Positions 40,188 to 52,764 of a stretch of 64,000 nt of DNA are shown piece by piece. This DNA is from Macrostomum hystrix (taxonomy: Eukaryota > Animalia > Platyhelminthes), in contig CATNEN010000005.1 in assembly GCA_950097015.1 (NCBI GenBank), positions 3,472,001 through 3,536,000 of the forward strand, given 5' to 3'. The stretch's first letter is position 1; each line of letters starts with the position of its first letter. The translations under genes were made by a program, and so were the position numbers. The notes under the pieces are model-generated. The model did no database searches. It was not told the DNA's origin and was given only the letters and a program-made list of their open reading frames with translations.

Positions 40188-43038
40188 ATGGCTGCAGCCC
40201 AGGAATGCATTTTGCTGGCCCTCCTAGCTGGACTGTGTGCGGCTGACAGCAGTCAATGTGAGTTGCAGTCCATGGACATTCTTGTCCGATTGAGCACCAG
40301 TCCGTAGGTTGTCTCCCCTAACATGATTCTAAACTTATTTTCGTTTCAGGCACTCTCAACATCACCAAAGATTCCATCGCTGACTCGTGGCAGTCGTCCA
40401 GCTTTATTGATCACCATAAAGTTGCGCTGTGCTTTAAAAACCAGTCCACAGAGACACATTCCCAGCATTTCTACAGATTCTTCCACTCGAAAGTCAGTAA
40501 GAATGACTCAGATGCAGGCTATCACTGGTTTGTGATCAACCTGAAGAGGCCTGAGCTGATCAGCTCTGTGGGCATCAGTGCCAGAGCAGGTGAGCGATTC
40601 AGTTAATTTACAATCAAGAGCTACTGAATACCTGCTCCTAGCGACTCTCTTCAAGCTCTTGTTTGCAGCTCAAAAGTAGAAAATAATTGACATTGCAGAA
40701 GCAGATAAAGTTCCCATCGCTAAATTAAACCCCAGAGCAGCAGACATTGAGATCTGGACTTCTCAAACAGACGTGGATTTTGGACATGAGCACTGCGACT
40801 CAAAGAACATCAGCTCTACTTTCATTAGAGGAGAGAGCTCAGGTATCTGGAAGCTGTGCGGCAGGACGCCCTCAAATGTTTCTGCAGGACAAGAATTGAG
40901 CATTCCCTGCGTCAGGCAACAGGTGAGGCCATCAGGTGACTGATGGTTCATAATTCATGAGCAACCTTGCAGGTTTAATTAGGCGAGTATAATGCAAGCC
41001 AATATTCTGTATCAGCAATGCAGCTTAGGGTTTCTCTGGAGAAATATCCACATATATTTTATTTTAGTAGATTTGCAAACAAAATGACTAAAGATCGAGG
41101 CATAAACAGCAAGCAAAAACACAAATGTTGACTGTAATTTAGCATGGAGAATGTGGGTCACATGCTTTAGGGACAAATTTCTGAAACCACAAAAAGAGAC
41201 ACATTTTATTCCGCTTCTATTTCACCTAATTTAACAGTGCTGACATAACCAGAAACTGTATGCGGTTTTCAGGTCCAAATGATTCTGCTGAGAAAATACG
41301 TCGCAAACGTTGCTGATGCAGAAAACCAGTGCATGAACTTTATTGGTATGTGGATTCATAAATTTGAAATACAAGGTGAGTTTGCCGAACGGCTTTTGTT
41401 ACTACAACAGTACATCCACCGATACTATATCTCTTATCCACCTATATTAAATCCCTACGTATTCTAATGCTCGAAAATGAACATAATTGCTGCCAAGGCA
41501 GGATGCTTATAGAATAATCTTTTAAATAATTACTCCCCAAAAGCAACAGACCGATAATTTAAACTATTTCTTGTTCAATTCTGTCGAGCAAAGAAACTGT
41601 GCAAACTGATGTCATCGTCACGGTATGGAGAGAACGCCTTCTTCTTGTTGGATTTTCTGTTTTAAGTTACATTAGAAGTAGTAAGCTATAGTCTACCTCG
41701 CTAACCAAACCCCAGCTAGCACATAGGTAGCATTTTTGTGTTGAAATTGTGTTGAAATGTGTTGAAATTTGTGCTGAGAATTTTGTAAATCTTGGATAGC
41801 AGTTACTAAAAAAACTAAAAATAACAACAGCAAATCTATTTTGCGAATCTCTCCGGATAAAAATATAGAAAACATTGAGTCAATCGTTTCTTAAAACGTT
41901 TAGCTACAATTGAGCCATCCGATGAAGTTGTGAGAAACTCAAACGTCACAGTGAGCTGTCGGGTCCAGGTGTGCCACGAAGCACCTGTCGATCTGCCACC
42001 TGTTATTCTGACTCTCGCAAAGTCCAACGGAGATGAAAACACGATTAGCACCTTTCGCACTTCTGGCAACTCGAGTGCCAGCAGCGTGTCAGAATCCATT
42101 CAAAATGTGAACGAAAGTCACGCTGGCAACTACTCATGCAGAGTGGGTGACGAGGTCCTCAGCTCCCGACTGCTCAAAGTCTACTGTGAGTATACAAGAA
42201 GCCCGCAAAAGTGCCATTTCACAAGAGCACACAGCAATGTCTGCAGTCTCAAAAACTCAACAATCCCTGTTCTCAGATCCGCCAAGCAACCTGAGCATCT
42301 ACCGATCAAATGACACCTGTGCCACTGAGCCATCATATTGGAATTTCATCTTCGAGTCAACGCAGTCAGATCCACGTCCTCTGCACAAATGCTTTCTCAG
42401 AGACCACCAAGACAAAATAGCCACAGTAACAATGGCATTGAGTGTCACGGAATTGGATGGCAAATTCAGGTCGATTTGGAAATGCGAAAACTGTCTGACT
42501 GTGAATGTGACATGCACAGCACATTGGAATGATGATAAACTCTCATGGAGCGTCAGCACCACAGCGAGTCATTCTTGTCCTTTGACAACGGACTCTACCA
42601 TTCGGACTGAGGCACCTCATGTTGGCTCCAAGAGCACGGAGAAATATTCTCATGCTGAAACCATTACAATGGCAGACAGGCAGTCAAGCACTTCCCCAGC
42701 TACACCAGTTACCGCAGAACCAGCTGTTAAGAGCTCTTTTAAACCGGTGCTGTTGGCGATCGCAGTTGGACTCGTTGTTATCGGTACTTGGCTCGCAGTC
42801 ATACTCAGCAAGGTAAATATAATGTTGAGGAATTGAAATATCAAAAGTGAAACAATCCGTCATTGCTCCAACTGTCTGTTCTATGCAGCGATTCGCCTCG
42901 AGATCTCGCGACAGGTCACAGGAGGCAGGGATGGCTTCGCCACTGGAACGGCTCAGAGAGACGACAATCAATTGGAGTAAATTTCGTGTAGCAAATTGGA
43001 ATAAAAACAGGGATAATGTGGAACTCTTGATTGAGTAG
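40188..43038 (+). CDS. Receptor gene B: SP + lectin-like + Ig + Ig-like + Ser/Thr stalk + TM + Tyr-free tail, about 534 aa
   Basis: Exons 40188-40257, 40350-40589, 40699-40922, 41273-41375, 41904-42185, 42277-42812 and 42889-43038 join in frame with canonical sites. The Ig motif is HAGNYSC and the TM is VLLAIAVGLVVIGTWLAVIL. Confidence 0.85.
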
Positions 43039-43574
43039 TGAGTTAGATGAGCAATGATTACCTTCTGTTGCTATGCTGTTCCACAAAAATTGAAAGCTAT
43101 CCTCTTCTACCAATTGAGTAGCGTGAGTCCTGAGCGGATTGTCTGGGGTCATTTTTACAGTAAACAGTAAATTTGTAAGAAGAGTACAGCTCAGCTCAAT
43201 AGCGAATTTCACTTTCACTTTTAATTTTTCAATTTCAATTTAGTGAGTTTCAATGCTTTACTAGTGAGCCTGTGCATCGACTTTTCCCAATAATTTTGGG
43301 ACATCCTACGTGCAAAGATTAAGACAGAAATGCTGGGTATTGAAACAGCACAAAAAGCGTCGGATTCTAGAAAGATCGGGCGTGACTTGTTTACATGTTT
43401 CCAAGAACATTCGTCACCCTTCTTTCTGGAACTTTCTTTGGCGTGAATGAATAAACGAGCCCTTCCCCTTATTGGCCAAGAGTGAACTTTCAGCGCGACT
43501 CACGCCTTGTGGCTAAAATCTCCGAGTTCCGTGTTATTCATTTTCACAGCGGAACAATAACCTGTTAATACAGT

Positions 43575-43745
43575 TATGGGGAGATGGGAATTGAGCCTGA
43601 GGATATGGGAAGATGAGAATAGAGCCTGAGGATATGGGAAGATGGGAATCAAACCTGAGGATCTGGGAAGATGAGAATTGAGCCCGAGGATTTGAGAAGA
43701 TAGAAATTGAAACTGAGGATCTAGGAGGATGAGAATCGAACCTGG
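43575..43745. repeat. 29-bp tandem repeat (gagcctgaggatatgggaagatgggaatt-like)
   Basis: gagcctgag occurs at 43593, 43622 and onward. Confidence 0.85.
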
Positions 43746-43784
43746 GCAGTGGTCCTAGCTGAAGACCCAGTCAGCCTGTGATTT

Positions 43785-44134
43785 TCACACCTCAATGTCG
43801 GCTGCTCGAGCGGCCAAATCGTCTCGGAATTTTCTGCTGTCATCTGTACAAAAGGCTTTCACAATTTTCAAAATATTCACAATTAAGGCAGAATAAGTGC
43901 TCACTTCTCGCCGTGATGGACACTGAGCTGATGCTCTCCTGCTGTCTCAGTTTGATCACAAGCCAGTGGAATCCGGCATCAGCGCTTTGGGTGCCTTGAA
44001 TTAGTGAAGAAATTTCGAGGTGCCAACATGATTAGCTGAGCCACTCTAGAGGCAAGCACGATACGTTGAATGATACATATAGCTGGACGACTGCCACGAT
44101 GCTTCGATGTTGCTCTTGCGTATGAAAATATTAC
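43785..44134 (-). pseudogene. Receptor family pseudogene F (lectin exon 2 and the start of exon 3 only)
   Basis: It translates as IEASWQSSSY...AC L* ... FLH*, with in-frame stops and a frameshift. Exon 3 breaks off after AARAADIEV. Confidence 0.85.
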
Positions 44135-44284
44135 CTGCTACAAAAAATTTGCTCTAAAGAGTATCGATGGAATTTTGAAACAAGTGCTTGCAGAAGCTAG
44201 CAGAAGATGCCCGCTTTTAAGAAATGTGAACATTTCGTAAACACAAATCGTTCTTTCAGACCGATGTCCATAAACTTCCTCCTA

Positions 44285-44995
44285 AGGAGGGAGAGTGCCA
44301 GAGCGGTCTAACCACGTTTGCCTCTCGCAACAAGGTCCCTGAGTTCGATTCCACTGAGGACGCAGCCTCAGGCGGAGTGTACAGTGCCTGATGATGAGAA
44401 AGTCAGATCAGATGTGAGTGTGTGCTCAGGAGTGTGTACTCAGGAGTGTGTGCTCAGGAGTGTGTGCTCAGGAGTGTGTGCTTAGGAGAGTGTGCTCAGG
44501 AGTGTGTGCTCAGGAGAGTGTGCTCAGGAGTGTGTGCTCAGGAGTGTGTGCTCAGGAGTGTGTGCTCAGGAGAGTGTGCTCAGGATTGTGTGCTCAGGAG
44601 TGTGTGCTCAGGAGTGTGTGCTCAGGAGAGTGTGCTCAGGAGTGTGTGCTCAGGAGTGTGTGCTCAGGAGAGTGTGCTCAGGAGTGTGTGCTCAGGAGTG
44701 TGTGCTCAGGAGTGTGTGCTCAGGAGTGTGTGCTCAGGAGTGTGTGCTCAGGAGTGTGTGCTCAGGAGTGTGTGCTCAGGAGTGTGTGCTCAGGAGTGTG
44801 TGCTCAGGAGTGTGTGCTCAGGATTGTGTGCTTAGGAGTGTGTGCTCAGGAGTGTGTGCTCAGGAGTGTGTGCTCAGGAGTGTGTGCTCAGGAGTGTGTG
44901 CTCAGGAGTTAGCGGAATGGTAGAACTGCCTCCTCAATGGCTGCGGGTCTACTGTCACCAATAATGGATGTGCCAGTGCCCTCCAAAAATATTTA
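44285..44995 (+). mobile_element. tRNA-derived SINE copy containing an expanded 14-bp minisatellite (ctcaggagtgtgtg)n at about 44420-44910
   Basis: The head (gtgccagagcggtctaa...gagttcgattcc) lies before the array and the tail (gcggaatggtagaactgcctcctc) lies after it. Confidence 0.85.
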
Positions 44996-45364
44996 GTATT
45001 GTTGCTACCATGCAGCTGCTAGGCTGAAACACGCAATTGTCCGAGGCAACTCTACCCACAATGGCGCACGTCAGTATTGTGATGGCGAGGCGCAGATCAG
45101 ATAAATACTTCATGCTGTGAATGTAGCATGCAATTTGCTGGAGACCAAACCATTTGACTTATAGTTTTTCGGTTAAATTCAGCTAAAGCTAAATCTCAAG
45201 AATTTTATGGCCCTTGTACCCCAGATTTTGTTTACGGTTATTCGTCTAAACAATTCGCTTTTCACCGATGCGTTTTGCTTGCGATGCGATTCCATTGGGT
45301 AGTTATCGACCACAACTGCTTTGATCGCGTTATGAGGGCCTTGTCTTATCCACACACGCAATAG

Positions 45365-46455
45365 ATTGTTTAGTCGAGTGTGCCTTACGGGCTTTAAACA
45401 CTCAGACTTCACATTCAAATATAAACGATAAAAATATTCTGCAGGTTTATTCGAACTGAATCAGCTGCATGCGTGGAAGCATTTTTATCTTGTCGGACAA
45501 TATTTTGGATCACGTTAAAACAGCCACAGGTCTTTACTTTCTGAGTCTGAAATCGTTAGTCAGAGTGGGTGACACTGTGAGAGAGTGGTGGAGAGTGTGC
45601 GAGGATGGAAGAGAGTTGCTGAGAGCGAGGTAGAGTGGGAAGGATTCGTGGCTGACAGACTCAGTTGGCATAGTGAAAAGCAAATATAGTACTACATGTG
45701 CAACATGCTTATCAACATGTTTATGCTTATTAGAAATATCGAGACTTTGCCAGTTTCTCTGTCCATTGCCTCTCAGCTCAGGTCACTCGGTAACGTAAAC
45801 ACTGCGTTGCCATCGCGGACGCTCGGGCCTCGTTCGATTTTGTCGACTTTCGTGACTCCTCAGCCGACTCTGGAATTTTCGGCGAATTATCAGGTCGCAA
45901 CAATGAGTCCTGCAAGATGAATGCAGCATGTCGCAGCACAAACATGGACTTTAAAATCGGCTTGCAACTACATTTTAACTACCTTTCACAATTTGATGGT
46001 CGTGGGTCATTCTGATTTTGTAGTCCCTCATGGCGGCATCAATGAGGCATCTTTGATTGGATTACCTGGCTCTAACTAGCAGGATGCTGCCGACAATGAG
46101 AAATAGTATCAGAACAGAAACAAACCCAAGTAGAATCCCAATGGCCGGTTGCAGCTGAACAACACATTCTGTAACACTATGTCTAGCAACAGAAATCATA
46201 TGTTAAATCAAGATACAGCTTTGCTGGTTCAAAAATTTGTCTTTGCCTGTCTTCCGCTTTGAATTCAGATCAGGCGAACTAAATATTTGAAGGTATAAAT
46301 CTTGTCAATTAGATTTCTTTGGCATTGTGCCTCGATTAAGGGCGGATGATACACGAAGGTTTTGCGGACATTTTGCTGAATTGCCTCGTTGGCTGCGGGC
46401 AAATTGGCTAACCAAACAACATGCCCACTGCCCTCCTGCAAATATTAATGTCTTG
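45365..46455. repeat. Dispersed repeat block, present rearranged at about 58690-60010 and partly at about 52620-52760
   Basis: 45715-46290 is inverted at about 58815-59400. 45365-45535 and 46318-46455 are direct at 59715-60010. Confidence 0.8.
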
Positions 46456-47190
46456 TGTCTCATCTATTCCGTGTCTCCTTTTTCCCTTGTCTCATCTCTC
46501 CGTGTCTTATCTATTCCGTGTCTCTTTTTTCCCTTGTCTCATTACTCCGTGTCTCATCTCTTCGTGTCTCATCTATTCCGTGTCTCATCTCTTCGTGTCT
46601 CATGTATTCCGTGTCTCTTTTTTCCCTTGTCTCATTACTCCGTGTCTCATCTATTCCGTGTCTCTTTTTTCACTTGTCTCATTACTCCGTGTCTCATCTC
46701 TTCGTATCTCATGTATTCCGTGTCTCATCTCTTCGTGTCTCATCTCTTCGTGTCTCATGTATTCCGTGTCTCATCTCTTCGTGTCTCATGTATTCCGTGT
46801 CTCATCTCTCTGTGTCTCATCTCTTCGTGTCTCATGTATTCCGTGTCTCATCTCTTCGTGTCTCATCTCTCCGTGTCTCATCTATTCCGTGTCTCATCTC
46901 TCCGTGTCTCATCTCTCCGTGTCTCATCTATTCCGTGTCTCAGTTATTCCGTGTCTCATCTCTCCGTGTCTTATCTATTCCGTGTCTCATCTCTCCGTGT
47001 CTCATCTATTCCGTGTCTCAGTTATTCCGTGTCTCATCTCTCCGTGTCTTATCTATTCCGTGTCTCATCTCTCCGTGTCTCATCTATTCCGTGTCTCAGT
47101 TATTCCGTGTCTCATCTCTCCGTGTCTTATCTATTCCGTGTCTCATCTCTCCGTGTCTCATCTATTCCGTGTCTCAGTTATTCCGTGTCT
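46455..47190. repeat. Minisatellite, about 16-bp unit (tgtctcatctattccg / tgtctcatctcttcg) following a SINE tail
   Basis: Direct periodicity starting immediately after ccctcctgcaaatattaatgtc. Confidence 0.95.
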
Positions 47191-47551
47191 CTTCTTAGCG
47201 ATAACATCTGGGCTGGTAACCCTCATGCCTTATAGAGCTGACTACCAGTGGAGGTCATGGTTGAACTAACAGCTGTAATTTACTCAATTCATGTGAGCGA
47301 AGAAATTACAACACATGGAATAGCTGCATGTGAGAATGTAAAAATTTATTTCACTTAGTAGACAACAAAGCTTTAGATTGACTTCCAAGTTGTGATTCGA
47401 AAATTTGAGATTGAAAATCGAGTAACAGCCAGGCAAACATGACGTCCTTATTTAAAGGACCCGCTGATATTAGCTTGAACATAATATCTACTAGCCATGC
47501 TTATTACTTGAAGTTAGCGCGAGTAAGATGTGGCTAATAAAACTATTATTG

Positions 47552-47690
47552 GTTACAGTGGCACAGCGGTCTAACGCACTCGCCTATCGCACGAAGGTCC
47601 CTGAGCTCGATTCCACATTAATTTGGCGCGCCCCCGCGGAAAGAAGGCTTGGGACTTGATGCCCACAGCCCTCCTGCACATATTAATATC
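47552..47690 (+). mobile_element. Internally deleted tRNA-derived SINE copy
   Basis: The head agtggcacagcggtctaacgcac...ggtccctgagctcgattcc is joined to the tail cccacagccctcctgca. Confidence 0.7.
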
Positions 47691-48319
47691 TGTTGTGTCT
47701 CATCTCTCCTGTGTCTCATCTCCCTTTTAGTCACTCACGAACAGCCCAGCGAACTCACCCAAGTAAATTCACCCAAGTACTCATTTGTTACGAGTGTTTA
47801 GTGCTGGATCACTTTTTAGTGATACTAAAACATAATTTAGTCTAAAACATAAAACATAATAGTGATTACTAAACATAACACATTTAGTGCGATTGCAAAG
47901 TACTGAATAAGCATAAAGACTTGATACGAAGACTCAGCGCAGAGCTTTCAGGCACACTTGTTTAACAAAAGCCTTCTGCTTTAACAGCAGAAACTGTCGA
48001 AACATATAAACAGGACTCAGTCAAAAACAAAGAAAACATTTCCGGTCTAAAATAGTATTGGTTTCACGGCAAACGGTATGATTAATTAGGAAGGCTAGTT
48101 CTGTCACCGCATTCATGAGTACATCATCCAACAGTGACTGAATTCGTGCTGAATATCATATTAATCAAATCTGCCATGGATAAAATGTTCCAAGAGTAGG
48201 CACAGTGAAAGCTGTCAGCACATGCAGTTCATTCCGTGTCGACAGCAAAACCAGTTTCCGAAACATCAGTTCCAGCATGATCACCTCCAGCAATGCAGCG
48301 CATTCAACACGCATTGGAG

Positions 48320-51026
48320 CTAAGCTTCGATGTAGATGCTTGCTCGAGATGGTCGAGCTGCCGACATCTTGATGGCTTGCTGGCGCTCAACAATGGCCAG
48401 CTGCCTCTGAAACAGTTGAGCACTGATTTATCAAAGCCAGATTTCATAAAAAGTTTGTCAGGTAAAGCTGCTACCTTTGTTTTCACCAGATAACCGCAAA
48501 CGCTCAAGAGTGCCGCGGTGAGAACAGCAATGAGCAACCAAGGAAGCCAGATCACTGAGCACACTTGCTTTGGCTGCATGTCGGATTTCGTTGCAGCTGA
48601 AATCACAGAGCAGCGAGCATCAAATTTCATTGCGACTGATTTTCTACAAAAGCTTAAACTCTTCTTACACTTCTGTTTCCAGTCGATGCTTGCGTGAGTT
48701 GAGAACAGCAGTCGAGACTGGCTCACTTCATCAAACTGATGAGCTGAGCAGTTTGCAGTCAGCCTGTCAACATAGGAGCACTTCTCACAGACCCACACAG
48801 AGGTCAGTGACTGTGAGCTGGTCATACTCGAGTTTCCAAGTCTTCGCAGAGTGAGCAGTCTGAGACTCGAGTCGGTAGCAATGCACTCATGCTCAGGAGT
48901 AGGCTCTGACACTGACGACTCAAAAGTTATTGCGAATCGAGCTCGAGACCCCACACTGAGACTGTGCTCATCAACGGAGATCGACAGATGTCTCGGAGGA
49001 TCTGCAATGTGCACTTTTATGAGTGAGTGTTGGATAGTTTGATGGGCTCATTGGTAACGAGCCACTCACGGAGTACTCGCAGGGTCTGGCTGCTGAGCAC
49101 CTCATCGCCTAGGCTGCAGATGTAGTTGCCTGCATCAGACAGCTGCACCTGCTCAATCAGGTGAGCTTGCAATCCGGTGGAGAGTGTCAGAGGGGAGTTT
49201 TCACGAGTCAGTCTGACCATTTTGATCGTCTCATTGTTCTGTATGCAATCGACATGGCATCTGACGGTGACTTGTGAGTTTTGAATCGCCGAATTCTTTG
49301 ATATATTCGCTATTGATGAAATTCGGAATTAGGTATGAAAAACATTGTAAACGGTAAGAAGGTCACATGGAGTATTTCAAACTCCAACATTTTGTCTGTA
49401 TCTCCTAAATTATTCAACCATTCGCCATGAAAGTCCTTAACCCGGGCTAAAACTTTTAGCTCTATCCGATTAAACAACTTCCAGAATCACAAAACGTCAG
49501 CATCGTCGAGATATTTAAGAATTCTCGTCGGGGTGTCTACTATTGTGAGGCTACTATTGTGAGGCTACTATTGTGAGGCTACTATTGTGAGGCTACTATT
49601 GTGAGGCTACTATTGTGAGGCTACTATCGTTAGTCTATTATTGTGAGGCTACTATTGTGAGGCTACTATTGTGAGGCTACTATTGTGAGGCTACTATTGT
49701 GAGGCTACTATTGTGAGGCTACTATTGTGAGGCTACTATTGTGAGGCTACTATTGTGAGGCTACTATTGTGAGGCTACTATTGTGAGGCTACTATTGTGA
49801 GGCTACTATTGTGAGGCTACTATTGTGAGGCTACTATTGTGAGGCTACTATTGTGAGGCTACTATTGTGAGGCTACTATTGTGAGGCTACTATTGTGAGG
49901 CTACTATTGTGAGGCTACTGTTGTTGACTATTTTGCATTGATTGATATTGTTATTTTTTTACTTTTGAACCGCTAGAGTTCGCCAAGAGGTTTATACAGA
50001 ACAATGTCACTAGTCCATGTCACCTAGGACTTCGACATGCATCGCTGAATATCTCGACTATGCTAGCTCAGACGGCTCTAAAAGCTAGTTCATCGTAAAA
50101 GATGGAAAACTTCATTCATACGTGATATCTTACTGAATGCAGCAAATCTTCTGAGCCACATGTCGACGAAAGCCATCGCTCGTCTAATGGGCTTTGTTTC
50201 TGTCGCGACAAATCTCCTTAATAAAACAATGCGGACCTGAAAAGGGTCTCACATTCCGTACTGATGTGGAACGGACACGAATTTTTACCTTAATTTTTGC
50301 GTCTGCAATTACCTTATGTGTAGTGCAGTTTACAGTCAAAGTTTGTCCGTATGAAACTTTGTTTGGCGTCCTTCCGCACAGCCTCCAGGTTCCGCTTTTC
50401 GCCCCCTGAAAGACGGAGCTGATGTTTCTCAAGTCGCAGTGGTTCGAGCCGAAGTCCAGGTCTTCCGGCGATGTCCACACCTCAATGTCTGCTGCTTGAG
50501 CGGTCAAATTGTCTCCGTAGGTCGTAAGTTCATATTGACTCAAAGCTTTTAAGTTGAGAAAAAATATCTGTATTAAATAAGCAACTTGGGCGTTTTATAT
50601 GGCAGGATAAAATCACAGGAAGAGTAAGTGCTCACTTCTGACTCTGATGGACACAGAGCTGATGCTCTCCTGCTGTCTCAGTTTTATCACAAACCAGTGG
50701 AATCCGGCAACAGCGCTCTTGGTGCCCTCCTTGGAGTGAGCAAATCGCCAGGAGCCAACTTCATCAGCTAAGCGACTCCAGAAGCAAGTGCTCGGTGGTG
50801 GATCGAAGCTGGATGACTGCCATGATGCTTCAATGGTGCTCTTTCTGATTGGAAGCATACCTGTTTGAAGCAATTGGGTTAACAAACAATGGAAAGCATT
50901 ATAGATACATAAATCCAGTATTGGGAAACCTGACCGTGCCAGCTCACATCTGTCTGAGTCCCCTCGACTCAGAATGGCGAATCCAAGAAAAGCCAGGGTG
51001 ACACGCAACGCAGCCAGATGGTTCAT
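48320..51026 (-). CDS. Receptor gene C: SP + lectin-like + Ig + Ig-like + TM + short tail ending SIYIEA, about 497 aa
   Basis: Exons 51026-50948, 50860-50636, 50545-50313, 50236-50134, 49309-49070, 49001-48475 and 48406-48320 join in frame. The Ig motif is DAGNYIC. If the last intron is retained, the ORF reads to 48304 with a Tyr-free tail. Confidence 0.8.
49545..49920. repeat. Intronic minisatellite, 14-bp unit (ctactattgtgagg)
   Basis: Near-perfect periodicity in intron 4 of gene C. Confidence 0.97.
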
Positions 51027-51434
51027 GATTTCTATCAATTGATCAAAGCTTTGTCGAGCTTTCATATCGAAATACTTCTAAACTTTAAGATCGCAGTTTA
51101 TATGTGAATCTGCTGTTGGCATGTTGACTGAATAGTTGTTCCTGTAAATAGTGCATTCTTAGAGCTTAATTTAAACTGGGTCCGTTATTCTAAGAGTTAT
51201 TTGTGTGGGTCTCGGAACTAAAGATAACGAATCATTTTCCAGAAGGAAATTTCCTGATGCTATTCAGTTGAATTTTATTTGGTAACTGTGTGGGGACAAG
51301 TCAGAATACTGTGTAGAATTATTCACTTTTATTTGCAAACAAAAGTTGCATTTTTTTATAAAGAGTTGGCAAGCTTCACTCGGAAGGTGCACGAATAAGA
51401 ATTTAAAGAAAGAGATGAACAGTTCAATATTTAC

Positions 51435-52221
51435 CTTGCTGAGTATGACTGCGAGCCAAGTACCGATAACAACGAGTCCTACTGCGATCGCCAACATCAC
51501 CGGTTTAAAAGAGCTCTTAACAGCTGGTTCTGCGCTAACTGGTGTAGTTGGGGAAGTGCTTGACTGCCTGTCTGCCATTGTAATGGTTTCAGCATGAGAA
51601 TATTTATCCGTGCTCTTGGAGCCAACTTCAGCTGCCTCAGTCGGAATGGTAGAGTCCGTTGTCAAAGGACAAGAATGACTCGCTGTGGTGCTGTAGGTCC
51701 ATGAGAGTTTATCATCATTCCAATGTGCTTTTCGTCTCGGTGGTCTCTCAGAAAGCATTTGTGCAGAGGATGAGGATCTGACTACGTTGACTCGAAGGTG
51801 AAATTCCGTCCGACGGCTTAGTGGCGCAGTTGTCATTTGAGTAGATGCTCAGGTTGCTTGGCGATCTGAGAACAGGGATTGTTGAGTTTGTGAGACTGCA
51901 GACATTGCTGTGTGCTCTTGTGAAATGGCACTTATGTGGGCTTCATTGTATACTCACAGTAGACTTTGAGCAGTCGGGAGCTGAGGACCTCGTCACCCAC
52001 TCTGCATGAGTAGCTGCCAGCGTGACTTTCGTTCACATTTTGAATGGATTCTGACACGCTGCTGGCACTCGAGTTGCCAGAAGTGCGAAAGGTGCTTGCG
52101 TTCTTGTTTCCGTTGGGCTTTGCGAGAGTCAGAATAAAACTTTCTTCATGGCACACTGCGGCCAAACAGCTCACTGTGACGTTTGAGTTTCTCACAACTT
52201 CATCGGATGGCTCAATCGTAG
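51435..52221 (-). pseudogene. Receptor family pseudogene E (Ig exon plus a deleted Ig2/stalk/TM exon; no lectin exons visible)
   Basis: The Ig exon at 52221-51958 is intact (264 nt, as in gene D). The next exon, from 51865, has two 1-bp deletions and lacks about 100 bp relative to genes B and D. Confidence 0.85.
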
Positions 52222-52764
52222 CTAATATTTTTAAGGAACGAGTGACTCAAGCTGCGATAATCGATCGCACTAAAAGCCTAAATTTCTTTACTTTTTGATA
52301 AAGGAATTTTCCAAGTAAAATTTTATTTGTAGGAGTTCCTAGTAAAAGTAGTATGAAATGAGACTTGTCGACATTTTAAAGTTATAACAATGGTGCATTT
52401 CTAGAAACGCAGATACGGTTGCGTCTGATGGAAATACAGCGAGAAGAACAGAAGTGATGACAGGATCAACTTGACGACTCGAAAAGTTTAAAACCAAAAT
52501 TAGCACTCCTTTGTTGCAGGGTAATTGTAGTGGGTAGTGGGTGGCACAATATCGAGAAAACTTTCCTGCATAAACTACCATCTGCTTTTACAGGGACACA
52601 ATGCCTATGATATTTAAAAGACATTTAAATTATACCTGAATATATTTAGCCCGCCTGATCTGAATTCTAAACGAAGATTATTTTTAAACCAGCTAAGCTG
52701 AATCTTGATTTAAAAATGATTTCCGTTTCTAGACATGGTTTGACAGAATGCGTTGTTTAGCTAA

